64,000 nt of DNA from Eledone cirrhosa (GCA_964016885.1 OZ024745.1:134168001-134232000), one strand, 5' to 3'. Shown: positions 36,428 through 49,563, numbered from the stretch's first letter. A program made the numbers and translations. The notes: generated from the letters alone by a model not told the origin.

Positions 36428-37310
36428 AGAGATATATTCGATATGTCTCGTATGAAATAATACAGCCAATTTTCCACGCAATACTTTTAGTTAGCACCCC
36501 GAACGCATAATTGGGAATATAATCACTTATTTCCTAATGTTTGTTGAGTGAGTTGGAATTTGGCCGGAGTATCGCTAAAAAGCTTTCTCCGATATTGTAT
36601 TTATTTATTTACTCTTGGTGCAGCAGAATTGAAATTTGCCGGTATATGGTTAGGATTTCTTTGTTTATTTTTTATATATGAATATTGATTGTTCCTTATA
36701 TCTCATTCTGTTATTTTGCCCGAGAAAATATCTGTTTGTGTCATCAAATGTTGTACACACATAAATATTTTTTCAATTTCCAATTGAGTTCTTAGCACGT
36801 GGCGTGAATTCCTTTTAGAGTTCATTGTCATACGCATGTATTGTTTTTTTTTTGGCGCTAATTTACTTCCTCATTTTTGAATCAGTTTGAGCATTTCTTT
36901 AGAACTGCTGGACTGGCAACCTGACAGATACCTCAGGCACAGATGATGATTATCGCTAAATACTGATGTTGGTTAGATTATCAATATTAGTATTATTGGG
37001 GCACCCACTGATGAATTATAGGAGTCCACTTGAATATATATCTATTGATGGTATACAAGCTCCTACATAAATTGGTATAATTTAACCCAAATTGTAGGAA
37101 TCCTATAATGAAACGAGACGTCCGTCTGGGAAGAGATATATTCGATATGTCTCATATGAAATAATACAGCCAATTTTCCACGCAATACTTTTAGTTAGCA
37201 CCCCGAACGCATAATTGGGAACATAATCACTTATTTCCTAATGTTTGTTGAGTGAGTTGGAATTTGGCCGGAGTATCGCTAAAAAGCTTTCTCCGATATT
37301 GTATTTATTT
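36428..37310 (+). mobile_element. Non-coding element of 704-bp period (about 1.26 copies; 180-bp direct repeats) with a hammerhead at the unit junction
   Basis: AGAGATATATTCGATATGTCTC...GATATTGTATTTATTT occurs at 36428 and 37132, nearly identical. Flanked by (TA)n on both sides. Confidence 0.8.
37004..37130 (+). ncRNA. Type I hammerhead ribozyme with a long, branched stem II; GUC cleavage site at 37126
   Basis: CCCA-CTGATGA-ATTATAGGA-[77 nt including a TCCTACA/TGTAGGA hairpin]-TCCTATAAT-GAAA-CGAGACGTCCG-TC-TGGG. Confidence 0.8.
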
Positions 37311-37373
37311 ATATATATATAATATATATATAATATATATATATATTATATATATTATATATAATATATATCT

Positions 37374-37845
37374 CGGAGGTGGATTGGCAGTATCGGTAGA
37401 GGGTCGGACGCCATGCTTTCCAGCATAGTTACGTCCCTTTACGATCTGAGTTCAAATCCCGCCGAGGTTGACTTTGCCTTTCATCCTTACGGGGTCGATA
37501 AAATAAAGTACCAGTAATGCACTGGGTAATTGCTGGCGTTGTGCCTAAAGTAGAAACAATTATATATAATATATATATATTATATATAATATATTATATA
37601 TATTATATATAATATATAATTGTTTCTACTTTAGGCACAAGGCCAGCAAATACCCAGTGCATTACTGGTACTTTGCCTTTCATCCTTACGGGGTCGATAA
37701 AATAAAGTCAACCTCGGTGGGATTTGAACTCAGATCGTAAAGGGACGTAACTATATATAATTGTTTCTACTTTTGGCACAAGGCCAGCAATCACCCAGTG
37801 CATTACTGGTACTTTATTTTATCGACCCCGGAAGGATGAAAGGCA
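37374..37845. mobile_element. Cluster of tRNA-derived SINE copies: one + (37374-37563) and two rearranged - copies
   Basis: Sequence identity to 9226-9410. The second copy has an internal inversion of the TTTGCCTTTCATCC...GATAAAATAAAG core. Confidence 0.88.
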
Positions 37846-37896
37846 ACGTTAGTGACGAAACATAAGTCAATTGCATGAACTCATAATCCTTTATTT

Positions 37897-37952
37897 ACTG
37901 CTATATATATTTCGATGATAGCCATTGAATGGCTATGACCTCATCAGGCAGT
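37897..37952 (-). ncRNA. Type I hammerhead ribozyme followed by AATAAA
   Basis: ACTGC-CTGATGA-GGTCATAGCCATT-C-AATGGCTATCATC-GAAA-TATATA-TA-GCAGT-AAATAAA: perfect 5-bp stem I, long stem II with one C-C mismatch, palindromic stem III. Confidence 0.8.
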
Positions 37953-39362
37953 TAGTCAGTTCTTAGATATGCCAGCACTGTGTGTATAGTGTTGATGGTA
38001 TCAGAGCCTTGGGACATATGAGCTTGTTAGGAATACTTTGATGTTGTCAGCAGGAATGGTCTTGATTCTCATTGGTCAGTTTGTAGATGGTAGTAGGTTG
38101 GTATTTGACCTCAAAGAGGCAGGTGGTTCTGTAAGGTTCAAACCGTCAGGCAAGATGACAATAGTTCCACATGACTGATTTTCACAAAAGGCATTCTTGG
38201 TCAGAGATATTTTCAAATAAGGTTAATAGTATGAAATAGATACTACAGGTCATTCTTAAATTGAGGAATTTATGTGGAGTTGTGCTACTGAAAACTATGG
38301 CTGGAGTAGAAAGTTTACAAATAAAAAGGCTTATGTAGGTTGGCTTGCACTACACTCACACACACACACACATCTACACATACAAAAAGTGGGGTGGTAA
38401 TACTTAATATAATGGTTAGAGTTCAATACTTAGATAGTTTAGAAAATTTTAAAATGAAAGGTTTATGCTGGTTCACTTGTACATACACTCACACCTACCC
38501 CACAAACACTCACAGATCTACACACAAATCCATACAGGTGTGTATATATATATGCATGCATGCATGTACGCACAAGTATACACACATATATATATATATA
38601 TATATATAAAATATATATATATACACAGAACATACATATATATAAAATATATACATACAAAAATATAAAAAATATATATATACATAGAATACACACACGC
38701 ACACAATATATACACACGTAAAACATACATATATATATATATATATATAAATACACACACACACATATATATATAAAATATATACATACAGATACGCACA
38801 CATAAAATACGCATACATACACATAAAATACACATATATACACATGATACATATATACATATATATATAAAATCAGGTTCAATAAAACATTGTTTAGATG
38901 ACTCCCAACCAGTAGAGGATCCGGTGGACCATCCACCATAGGGACCACAAACCATGGGTGGTTGTTGTTGTCCATTGGTCATTGGTACGGGGTGTAGGGG
39001 ACCAACCGAAGGGGGGGGGGGGGCTTGTGGGAGGCCGTAACCGGGGTTTATCCATATAGCTTGAGGAAAGTTCCCGTCCTTAGGTGTCTGCAGGCACCGA
39101 ATAAGTCAGCCCTTCTGTTTAATAGCTCGGTTCCGTCATATATATATTATATATATAATATATATACTATATATATATATAATATATATATATAATATAT
39201 ATATAATATATATATAATATATATATAATATATATATAATATATATATAATATATATATAATATATAATATATATATAATATATATATATAATATATATA
39301 TATAATATATATATAATATATGTATATAATATATATAATATATATTATATATATAATATATA

Positions 39363-39858
39363 TTTCGTTTCTGAATTTGTTTAGCAAGATTCTTTATCTG
39401 AAAACGTGTGTTGAAACCGATATTGTTATACTTTGGGGGGGTCATGTGGCCAATGAGAAACACACGCACCAGTTGCTTTCACTTCAATTTATTATAATAA
39501 ATTTATAAATTTAGGAATTTATAAATTTCCGGTTGGTTGGTTGGTTCCACAACCAGATGGTTGTTTATATATTGTCAAAGTTCTTTCGTCAACACATTCT
39601 GTGACCTCTTCAGTGACTGGGGATTCTTTTCTTTGTTTTTTGTGCCTCTTCTTTGTTCTGTCCTACGCCATCCCCAGTCACTGAAGAGGTCACAGAATGT
39701 GTGACGAAAGAACTTTGACAATATATAAACAACCGGAACCAACCAACCGGAAATTTATAAATTCCTAAATTTATAAATTTATTATAATAAATTGAAGTGA
39801 AAGCAACTGGTGCGTGTGTTTCTTATTGGCAACATGACCCTCCCAAAGTATAACAATA
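39363..39858. mobile_element. Penelope tail (pseudo-LTR) in inverted arrangement, with hammerheads on both strands (39574-39617 minus, 39677-39719 plus)
   Basis: 39363-39670 matches 13201-13510, and 39672-39858 is an inverted partial copy. Plus-strand motif: GTCA-CTGAAGA-G-GTCACA-GAATG-TGTGAC-GAAA-GAAC-TT-TGAC. Confidence 0.88.
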
Positions 39859-40290
39859 TATATATATAATATATATATTTATATATATATATATATTATA
39901 TATATATATTATATATATTATATATATTATATATATATATTATATATATTATATATATATATTATATATTATATATATATATTATATATATATATAATAT
40001 ATATTATATATATATATATTATATATATATTATATATATATATTATATATATATTATATATATATATTATATATATAATATATATATTATATATATATAT
40101 TATATATATATTATATATATATATTATATATATATATTATATATATATATTATATATATATTATATATATTATATTATATATATATTATATATATATATT
40201 ATATATATATTATATATATATTATATATATATATTATATATATATATATTATATATATATTATATATATATATTATATATATATTATATA

Positions 40291-40387
<97 letters not shown>
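39859..40387. repeat. (TA)n array with TTA interruptions
   Basis: Direct reading. Confidence 0.95.
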
Positions 40388-40388
<1 letters not shown>

Positions 40389-41452
40389 GCACGCCCCCAG
40401 CTCTTGGTTCCTGGCTCCGCCTACGCAGACAAATGATTAAATAGAAGAAAAGTTACTCAAATGAAGAACCTTTTTTTTTTTATTTTCTTAATGTTTTTTC
40501 TGTATGTTTTATGTTGTTGGTGTTGTTATTAATGCCACGCAAAAGTCTCAATGAGACTAATTTCCGTGAGGTGTGTATAAAATGAGGCTCGGGGAAGGGA
40601 TGAAGAAAGCAACACAAAGAACGTGGCTTTTGTAGCATACCTCTATAACTTATTTATTTCTATTATCGCCATTAGTTTTCCTTTATTTTCTAATTTGCTG
40701 TTTTGTTTGGAGTTTTTCCCTTTTCTTTATTCCACAACTCAAACAATGACCCGGCTTCAATTAGAAAACAAAGAACATATAATAAAAGATACTTTTAAAA
40801 ATTCGAGTAGATTAATGGAATATTTTTTTATTTTTCTCGCTTGTGTTGTTGTTGTTGTTATCATTATTATTATTATTATTATTATTATTAACATTGATGT
40901 AAAATGCATAAATAGCAAAGTTAGCTGTTGTTTTTTTTTCTCTATTCATTTTGTAGTTGTTATTGTCGTTGTTGTCTCTTTCAAAAGTGTATCTAGTATT
41001 TTTTGACACGTTCAGTCTTATTTTTCGAATCGCTTGAATTATTTTCCCATTTTTGTTTCCTCTCTATTATAACATTTTCTATTTTAAAACTATTCTCGTC
41101 GTTGCTGTTGTAGTTGTTCCTCTCTTTGCACAGTTTCATGTTGTCGCCATAGTTGTTGTAATGCCGTTATTTTTTCTGATCTTGTTTGTTATCGGTGATG
41201 TCCTTGTTATTGTTCTTCATTATCATTTGTCCATTTGTCCTCCATTCTATAACTTTATTTCTACTGATTTCAAACTGAAATGACATTTCTATATACATAC
41301 ATTTTGTTATGGTTCTCGTTATTGTTGTTATTTCGGATTCATTCATTCAAAACTGAAAAATCTTCCTATAGAAATTGGACAGAAGTTGTATATATTTAAT
41401 TCTCTCTCTTTCTCTCCCTCTCTCTCATTCTCTCTCTCTCTCCCTCTCCTCT

Positions 41453-41553
<101 letters not shown>

Positions 41554-41573
41554 ACACATATATATATATATAC

Positions 41574-41860
41574 TTCGTTTTTTAATTTGCTTTGCAAGAT
41601 TTCTTATGTGAAAATGTGTGTTGAAACAGATTTTGTTATACTTTGGGAGGGTCATGCTGCCAATAAAAACACACGCACCTGTCGTTTTCACTTCAATTGA
41701 TTATAAATTTCCGTTTGGTTGGTTCAATAACTCGATGGTTGTTTATATATTGTCAAAGCATTTTCGTCACACATTCTGTGACCACCTCGGTGACTAATTA
41801 CTTATTTTGTGACTCTCCTTTGTTTTACCCTACACCATCTTGTTTTGTCTGTTTGCGCAC
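41574..41860 (-). mobile_element. Older diverged copy of the same Penelope tail, hammerhead core decayed
   Basis: Homologous to 13201-13520; the core reads CCGAGGT instead of CTGAAGA. Confidence 0.8.
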
Positions 41861-41887
41861 ACAAAATACAAAAACAAAATTCTACTT

Positions 41888-41949
<62 letters not shown>

Positions 41950-41950
<1 letters not shown>

Positions 41951-43262
41951 AATGGAAGGATAGTAAAATCGAAGTTTTGGCGGTGACCAAGCTAACGAGA
42001 TACAATTAGGTTTGTGCAAAGCACTCGATAAGGGTTCCACACCAGTTAATTCACCATTTCCGAGAACAATTGTTTCACCTTATTCGGATCATCAGCTCGG
42101 TTTAGATGAGATTGTACGGAAAAGGAAAAAAGATTGTACGAATACGCATGTGCAGAAACAGTCACTTCCTAAAGGGGAGGTAAGATCGTTAGATCGGTGC
42201 GAGGGAGACAACAGTAGAAGCTCAGAATAATAATAGATCATTCATGTTATTCAGTCCAGAACAATATAGATTATTCATGTTAGTCAGTCTGGAGCTTTGT
42301 AATTACGTAATAAGTGTTTCCAGACGTGTGGACAACGCGAGAAAAGCTCATTCCTTGAATTTAGACAAGCGCTATTACGCACATATTCAGGATATTGATT
42401 CTTTCTTCAATGCACAGCCAACAAGACGGATTCCCATTTCCGTATGGCTTAGACTTAGTAATAACTTTCCATTGCATAGAGTAATCCACGCCTGAGTCCT
42501 TGAGGGACCATACGTGGCTCGCGAGCTTCGTGGATGATCGTTTGTTCGGGTATCTGAATGTCGACAGATGATTCAGGAAGTGATTTTTAAACCGGCCCTC
42601 CGCCATACCTATATAGGTTTTGACTTCTAGTTGTTGATTTGGTCGGTTAGAAGTGACCACAGCTTCATTAATCACAGCGGGTGTGTTACATTTTTGTTGA
42701 AGGGGACAAGCTTCAGGCCTTTGGCAAGAGCATCCTGGTGTGGTTTTGCTCTTAGGGTTATTGGTGATATGGGCCTTCTTATTCTTAGCACAGGAGTATC
42801 TTAGTTTCACCCTGTGTCTGTTAAAGATGGAGCAGTATTTGTGACCTATGGGGAAGTGTCTATCTAAGAGCTAAAATCTTTTCCCTACATTAGTTGAATG
42901 AGAAGGGATGCGGGGTGAGAACCAAATTATTTTTCTATTAGCACGATTTCTCTTCCTATTGTTGTTGGCATTAGTAAGGAGTAAGTAATTGGTTGTGAGA
43001 AGCCGCTGTTAGCTTACGCCGTGTTATAGTAGGGGGCCGCTCTGTCAAAGATTGTTTTATTAGAAGAGAGGCTAGAGATTCTAGTATTGATATTTTTCAC
43101 GAAGTTTTTAAAAACTGTAGGTGAGTGGGATGAGTCCTTGTGTATGTAATTTAGTTTTTCATTAGCTTATGGAAGGGTCTAAAGGTGTGTGTGTGTGACG
43201 ATCAAATTTATGTCTAAGTAATCTACGCTCGTAATGTTGGTAGCTACTGTTATCCTAAGTCC
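41950..43262 (-). mobile_element. Penelope-like element (Naiad-like CxCx5Cx5C linker), decayed RT C-terminus, GIY-YIG and hammerhead tail
   Basis: Minus strand gives VDYLDI ... YIHKDSSHSPTVFKNF...RISSLSS (RT/thumb), then ORF 42361-42810 with CSCQRPEACPLQQKC...TYIGMAEGRFK...CWLCIEE. Stops and frameshifts present. Confidence 0.85.
42060..42100 (-). ncRNA. Minimal type I hammerhead ribozyme downstream of the GIY-YIG ORF
   Basis: CCGAG-CTGATGA-TCC-GAATAA-GGT-GAAA-CAATTG-TT-CTCGG: perfect 5-bp stem I, palindromic stem III, NUH = GUU. Confidence 0.8.
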
Positions 43263-43294
43263 TATATACACATATCTTTGATATATCCTCTCAT

Positions 43295-43435
43295 TTCTAC
43301 AGCTGAGTAAACTGGAGCAACGTGAAATAAAGTGTCTTGCTCAAGGAAACAACACATCACCCAGTCCGAGAATTGAACTCACAACCTTTCGATTGCAAGC
43401 CCAATGCTCTAACTACTAAGCCATTGCGACTTCAC
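43295..43435 (-). mobile_element. tRNA-derived SINE (second family)
   Basis: GAGTAAACTGGAGCAACGTGAAATAAAGTGTCTTGCTCAAGG...GAATTGAACTC (reverse B-box)...CTAACTACTAAGCCA (reverse A-box). Confidence 0.75.
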
Positions 43436-43738
43436 AAATTCCATTTATTTATAAACCACTTTTACTTTGTTGAAGAGTCGACAGTTGCACTTGTGCCAAT
43501 AAAAGATATTTTTCATTAACAATAATTTTCCATTACTTTCATATCTATTTTTTCACGTATTTTCAAGGAATTTTAAATCATCTCTGCTCATATTTTTCAA
43601 TACTAATTCTTATATATATTCTTTTGCCTGGTTTTGTTTTTAGTGAATAACCGCGCCAGATTGCGAGAGAAGAACCGAAGTTGTAATTTAGTAGTTTCTG
43701 GTAAGTGGATTCCATTGATTTATTTATTTATCTTACTA

Positions 43739-44269
43739 TACTCGGGTCTCAAGTAATAGGGGTGGGGAATAAGCGGAGGGGATAATAAGTGGGGGGAGGG
43801 GGAGAATCAGTAATTTGTCTAGGCTATCTTCGTTAATTTTTTAAAACCAGAATTAGTCGTTTAGTTTACATATTGAGATCTTAACCTATCCTATTTATTT
43901 CAAATTTGGGATTTCTAATAATTGTTTATACTTTTGGCACAAGGCCAACAATCATCCCAGTACATTACTGGTACTTTATTTTATCGACCCCGTAAGGATG
44001 AAAGATAAAGTTAACCTCGGCGGGATTTTGCCTTTTATCCTTACGGGGTCGATAAAATAAAGTACCAGTAATACCCTGGAATAATTGCTGGCCTTGTGCC
44101 AAAAGTATTTGAAATCCCACGTTATGAAATAAATAGGATGGGTTAGGATCTCAATATGTAAACTAAACGACTAATTCTGCTACCACTTAAAATAATATTT
44201 CGCCGGAGATAGATTAACAAAAATTAATAAACGATGGAGGAGGGGATGATTATTAGAGACCCGAGAGTA
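43739..44269. mobile_element. MITE/foldback-like element with about 20-bp TIRs enclosing a 330-bp palindrome whose centre is two inverted SINE halves
   Basis: Left CTCGGGTCTCAAGTAAT pairs with right ATTATTAGAGACCCGAG. Inner arms 43848-43920 and 44105-44179. SINE minus at 43921-44027, SINE plus at 44027-44105. Confidence 0.7.
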
Positions 44270-44912
44270 GTTTGATGTTGGACACATCGTTAAGGTGTCA
44301 TCTTTTCAGTGACTTAACCCTGAAGATTCATATCTATATTTCTCAGAAGATTTCTGGTTGAATTCATCTTTTCATTGTCTCAAATAGAAAATACCATGTC
44401 AACTAATGTGTTTAGAGATTTAGTCAACATTAAGATTAATCGCTGATAAAAAAAATAACCCAAATATTCAGCTGCATTGTGTGTGTGCATGCGTGTGTGC
44501 ATGTGTGTTTGTGTTTGTGTGCGTGTGTGAGAGAGTGTGTAGTGTATGTGTGTGTGTGTGTGTGTGTACGTGTATATGTGTGCATGCGTGTGTGTGTGTG
44601 TTTGTGTGTATGTCTGTTACAATGGCCGGAAGTTATGTTAAATGGAACTAAAACTAAGTGAACCAGTAGTATTCTTCCTCTCAACAGTGATGGAGACTCT
44701 ACCTTGTCATATGACCCGCTAGAAATCACATATATATGTATACATATTAATATATATAAATATATATTTATATGTATATATGTATATATATTTATATGTA
44801 TATATGAATATATATTTATATATATATATATATATTATATTTATATATAAATATATATATATTTATATATATATATATAAATATATATATAAATATTTAT
44901 ATTTATATATAA

Positions 44913-45000
<88 letters not shown>

Positions 45001-46694
45001 GTATCGTTGAGGCTTCATAAAAGTAGATAATATTTATTATTTCATACAGTTCTCTTTATTTTTAGTTTTGCCTTTTATTTGGATCTTTATTACCTCTTAA
45101 CTATAATATATATCTGTTTTGAGACAAAGTGCCTGCTAACCGCAATAAAATGATGTTTTCATAACTTTGGAGTGTATCAGTACATTATTTTCCAATATAT
45201 TGTCGTCGATATTATTATTTACTTACTTCTGAATTAAAGGAGAATAAAATATCTTTTAGTTGGGGTAGTCAGTGTTTTATTTTCTTCCAAAATTTGTTTG
45301 ATTGAGCAGATTGTCTCTTGAGAACACCAAGAACTGAAAACTCCGTGGTGTTGTTAAATTCTAATTTTGGTGTTAGAGCAATGGAATGAAAGTACAAAGT
45401 TGTAATTGTTTGGCAAGTGACTTCATCTGAGGCCGTGTTTGAAACTCAAACAATTACATTGTGGAAGAATCAGTTTAGCTATTTACAAACTCAAAAACAG
45501 TCGGTTATCAATTCCGTCTTAAGGTACTGTCTCCTATAAAGTAAAAAAAAAAAGCTCCATCGCACTTCTGTGACCAGTTGCATGACACAACTCTATTGCG
45601 GGGGGGGGGGGGGGGGGCAGTTTGCTGAAGTACACCAGAAATGTTTGCCACTTTACGGGCGATAGAACATTAAGAAATAAACGGAAGTGAATGTAGTTTT
45701 TGTGTTCTCTAATGGCTATGTACTTTTAGATTACTTTTTGTACTTATAACGATTAAACTTCCTTTTTTTCATTCATGTTGCTTGTAGAATGGGGGTATTT
45801 ACTAGCAATATATAACAGGAGTGTATAACCCAAGTGTTTTCAATGTGTTGGAAATTGTGTTATCGCAGATAGAATGTGATTAGCAAGATTGAAATTATCT
45901 TCTAACAGATTTTATTACAGTCAAAGTTAAGCAATGGCCACAACTTTATCATCATAAATCTTGCGATTTAACTTGCCTCAACCTTATCATCTTTTCTCTC
46001 TCTTTCTTATGTCGGAATTTCGTTTCTTAAGCAGATCTTCTTGTGAATGATTCCGAAATATCTTTTAATTATCACCAAAACTTCTCTTATATAATCATAT
46101 AATCTTATTATTCGAGAAATCTTTGCCATCTAATTATTAGACTTCTTTCACCATATTAAAGATTCAGGGACGTCTGGTTCCTGTTTAAATGACACCGGAG
46201 CCCTTTGTTACCATTAATCCGAAGTTCTGAATACTATCTCTAGCTAACAATATCAATTTCTGCTATCATCCGATTGCTGTTATCAATGATAAACTATCAA
46301 TCGAAAAATCAAACACATAAATAGCTATAACATTAGTGTTTATATTAAAGAATCAAACTGACAGCAACTTCACTGAAGAAAACATTACGCTCGACTCACA
46401 TTAATCTATTTATATACGATCCTACTGAGATAAACTTCAACCTTTGCTATCATTTAAGATGGAAGCATATCAAAAAAGAAATGGGCCGCATTCTATTTGG
46501 CTGCTTTTATGTTATAAGTAGGAAAATAGGTGGAGTGTATGCATCTTCGAATAATGAAGCTATTATATAGCTTGAAAACTGCAGTTTTCAAATATGTGGA
46601 ATGGGTTCAAACGCAAAATAGTTTCGTTTCAACCATTGCGACTTCTACTTCTTTATCATCAATACATGAATCCATAAGAAACATTTTTTTATCG

Positions 46695-46900
46695 CTTCGT
46701 CTTCTTCTTCGCCCACTTATTCCTGAGAGGATAGTGGGGGAAGAGTTCTCAAACACTTCCTCCGGCGGATCCTGTCGGAATCAATCGTTTCTAGCTGATC
46801 CGGCTGGATCCCCAAGCAAGACCAACTGAGTTCATCGATGTTATCCAACCATCTTGCTTGCAGTCTACCCCTGGGTCTTCTCCAAGTTGGTTTTTCTATC
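46695..46900 (-). mobile_element. RTE-like LINE 3' fragment
   Basis: RRPRGRLQARWLDNI...DRIRRR followed by an (AAG)n-like tail. Confidence 0.6.
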
Positions 46901-49344
46901 TCGTTATCGTTATTCGTCTGAATAACTGACATTTCGGTACCCGCCTTAGTATAATTTACCAAACTCTTTGTTGGGGACCTAATCCTCACAATTCACTTTT
47001 CTTTCTCTCTTGTATAAATTTGATATCTTGTGCGTATGTAAAACGATTATATTTACGAGCTTATGCCACTAAAGAAAATCTGTCCAGTAAGGTTGATGGC
47101 TTGGTGAATTATCTATAGGTTCTGATGTCCTTTATTTCAGAAATAATTGATCTCTGAATTAATCATTGGAGTTCTATCTCATCTCTGAGCATACACTGAT
47201 TGACGAGTTGGGCGAGATTTGAAGCGGACCATTGAAAATTATTAAAACTATAGTTTTGCGTGGTTTTAATATGTTCCATTGAGATGTTTATTGTATCAAC
47301 TCTTGAAGTGTATTTTTGAGAGGGTTGGCAAAAATAAGGGAAAGAAAATAGGGACGAGGGAAAAATGGACTAAGTGACTACCTACAATATTTACTAAAAG
47401 AAAAAAGGAGACGCTTTATGTGAAATCGAAAATAGAGTGAAATATTAGTATACAATAATTGTTATTACAAAAGGCTACAAAAGAATTATCTGAAGTATAA
47501 AAAAAACTATCCCCAAAAAGTAAAACGAAAAATACAAACTGAGTTTTATCAAAACAACAGGTTTCTAAAGGGAATCTAAGCTATAATAAAGTAAGGAGTG
47601 CGGGACTGCATCCAGAATATATTTTTTTTTATCCCGTTTATAAAATAAGTTGGATTACTTAGAATAAATAATGAATTTATACTACGTAATTTATCTACTA
47701 AATTTCGTGGCTGTTGATTAAATATATTTTATTGTTTATTTAAAGATTCACTTCTTTAAAATGTTCAAATGTCAACACTTCCGGTTAGCGATCGCTTAAA
47801 TAAACATTCATATATTTCCGTCACTAATTTTCTCCTAATGCAGTTTATATATAATATCGTCTTTTTTTAATGTATCATGGATTACGTTACTGATTACATA
47901 AGACAGTGTAACGCAGTCTTCGTTCAATTTCTGTGTATATTGTCAATTACAATTTTATTTGATGTATCATATCTACATGTATATATACTTGCGTATAACA
48001 TCAATATACACACTACACATGCTAACAGAAAACCACCCGAAGAGTGGTTTTTCTGCTCGTAATATTAATATTGCTTAACATTTCCCCTTCCGCCTCTGAA
48101 GACAGCAGTGAATTTTACATGCCATTTTGATTTTTGTTAAGAAACATTTAATTCCAAATAATTCACTTTTCTTTTTACATGTAATTTATAAAGGTTTCCT
48201 TTTCTCAACGTCAAAGTTTGCCTTTTTTTAACTTTATTTCTGTTTCTTTAAATATATTTCCCGTTTTTATACTTTCTACTTTGAAATGCCAGCTGGCAAT
48301 CAATTAAACATACACGTTTCGCTAATCGTCTGTCCATTATTGCCAAAATATTTCGGCCGGGACAAATTCATTTGCTTTTTAAGTTAAAAAAATTCCATTT
48401 ATCAAATACATCTGATTCCATTTCGTTATAACAGAGCTTTCCTTTTCAGCTTGATTATTAAAACACATTATGTCAGACTCGTTTCATTTGCTAAATTATT
48501 TTCATTGAATCTAAACAGTAAGATTACTGTCTAAAACAACAAACGATAATTTGTGTTATAAGAATGGTCAATTACAGAAGCACATTAGCTATTATTCGTT
48601 ACGAGTTATAAATTCAAATGTACTGGAACTTTTCCTGTTTGTGTTGTGTTTCTAGGCGACATTCTAGTTTGCACAGCATCAGTTTGCTTAGTTATTTAAA
48701 ATAGATACTGGGTTTTCTGGGAAAGTCATTGGCATTTCGTTACGGTAAAAATATGTTTCTCATTTGCTTATATCTAGGAAAGCTTGAATTAGACTTGGGT
48801 TTTAAAGATTGACATGTGATTCATTTAAACAACCTTTACAAATAAGTAAATTTCTAAATATTTTCAAGTCGATAATACAGCTTTTACTGCCCAATCTTGA
48901 AGGTGCATGTACACTTAACAACGTTGAAACTTTAACAGCCCAGACAAGGCACTGTGCATAACACTGAATGATTGTGGTGTAGCGACTCGATAAGAAAAAG
49001 AACTGCCATTCACATATGTACAACGTTAATCTCAATGAACGTACGTCATTTGACGTTTCATCGTAAAAGTATAATAGGTGATAATGATAACATCTTTAAC
49101 TCTATTGAATCGTTAGAAGACTGCAGAAAACTCGTTTCCGTGCAGTGGTCCAATGAAAGAATACACTAGTATGGTTTTACCCATTTCCTTCCTCGGGTTC
49201 ACAGCAGGACTGAAACTTAGCGGTATAAACCTAGAAAACCCTCGTTAGTTGGTACAGTGTAACTACAGCTGTCAGTTGTTCCTGTAGTTAGTTAGTACAG
49301 TGTAACTACAGCTGTCAGAATGTATAGTATTATTCCAGAATATA

Positions 49345-49512
49345 TTGGCAGTATCGGTAGAGCGTCGGACGCCATGCTTTGCAGCAAGGGGTTACGGCCC
49401 TTTCTGGTCTGAGTTCAAATCCCGTCGAGGTTAACTTTGCCTTTCATCCTTACGAGTTCGATAAAATAAAGTACCAGTAATACACTGGAATAATTCAAAA
49501 GTAGAAACAATT
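49345..49512 (+). mobile_element. tRNA-derived SINE
   Basis: Matches 9226-9410, with a deletion near the 3' end. Confidence 0.88.
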
Positions 49513-49563
49513 CAAATGCTGTCTGGACTGATGTTAGGCGTCTACCTCCCTGCTTACGTTTCA

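Noticed and set aside
42100-42350. SECIS element for the Naiad-like element
   Set aside because: No AUGA/GA quartet hairpin recognised, and no in-frame TGA at the linker cysteines.
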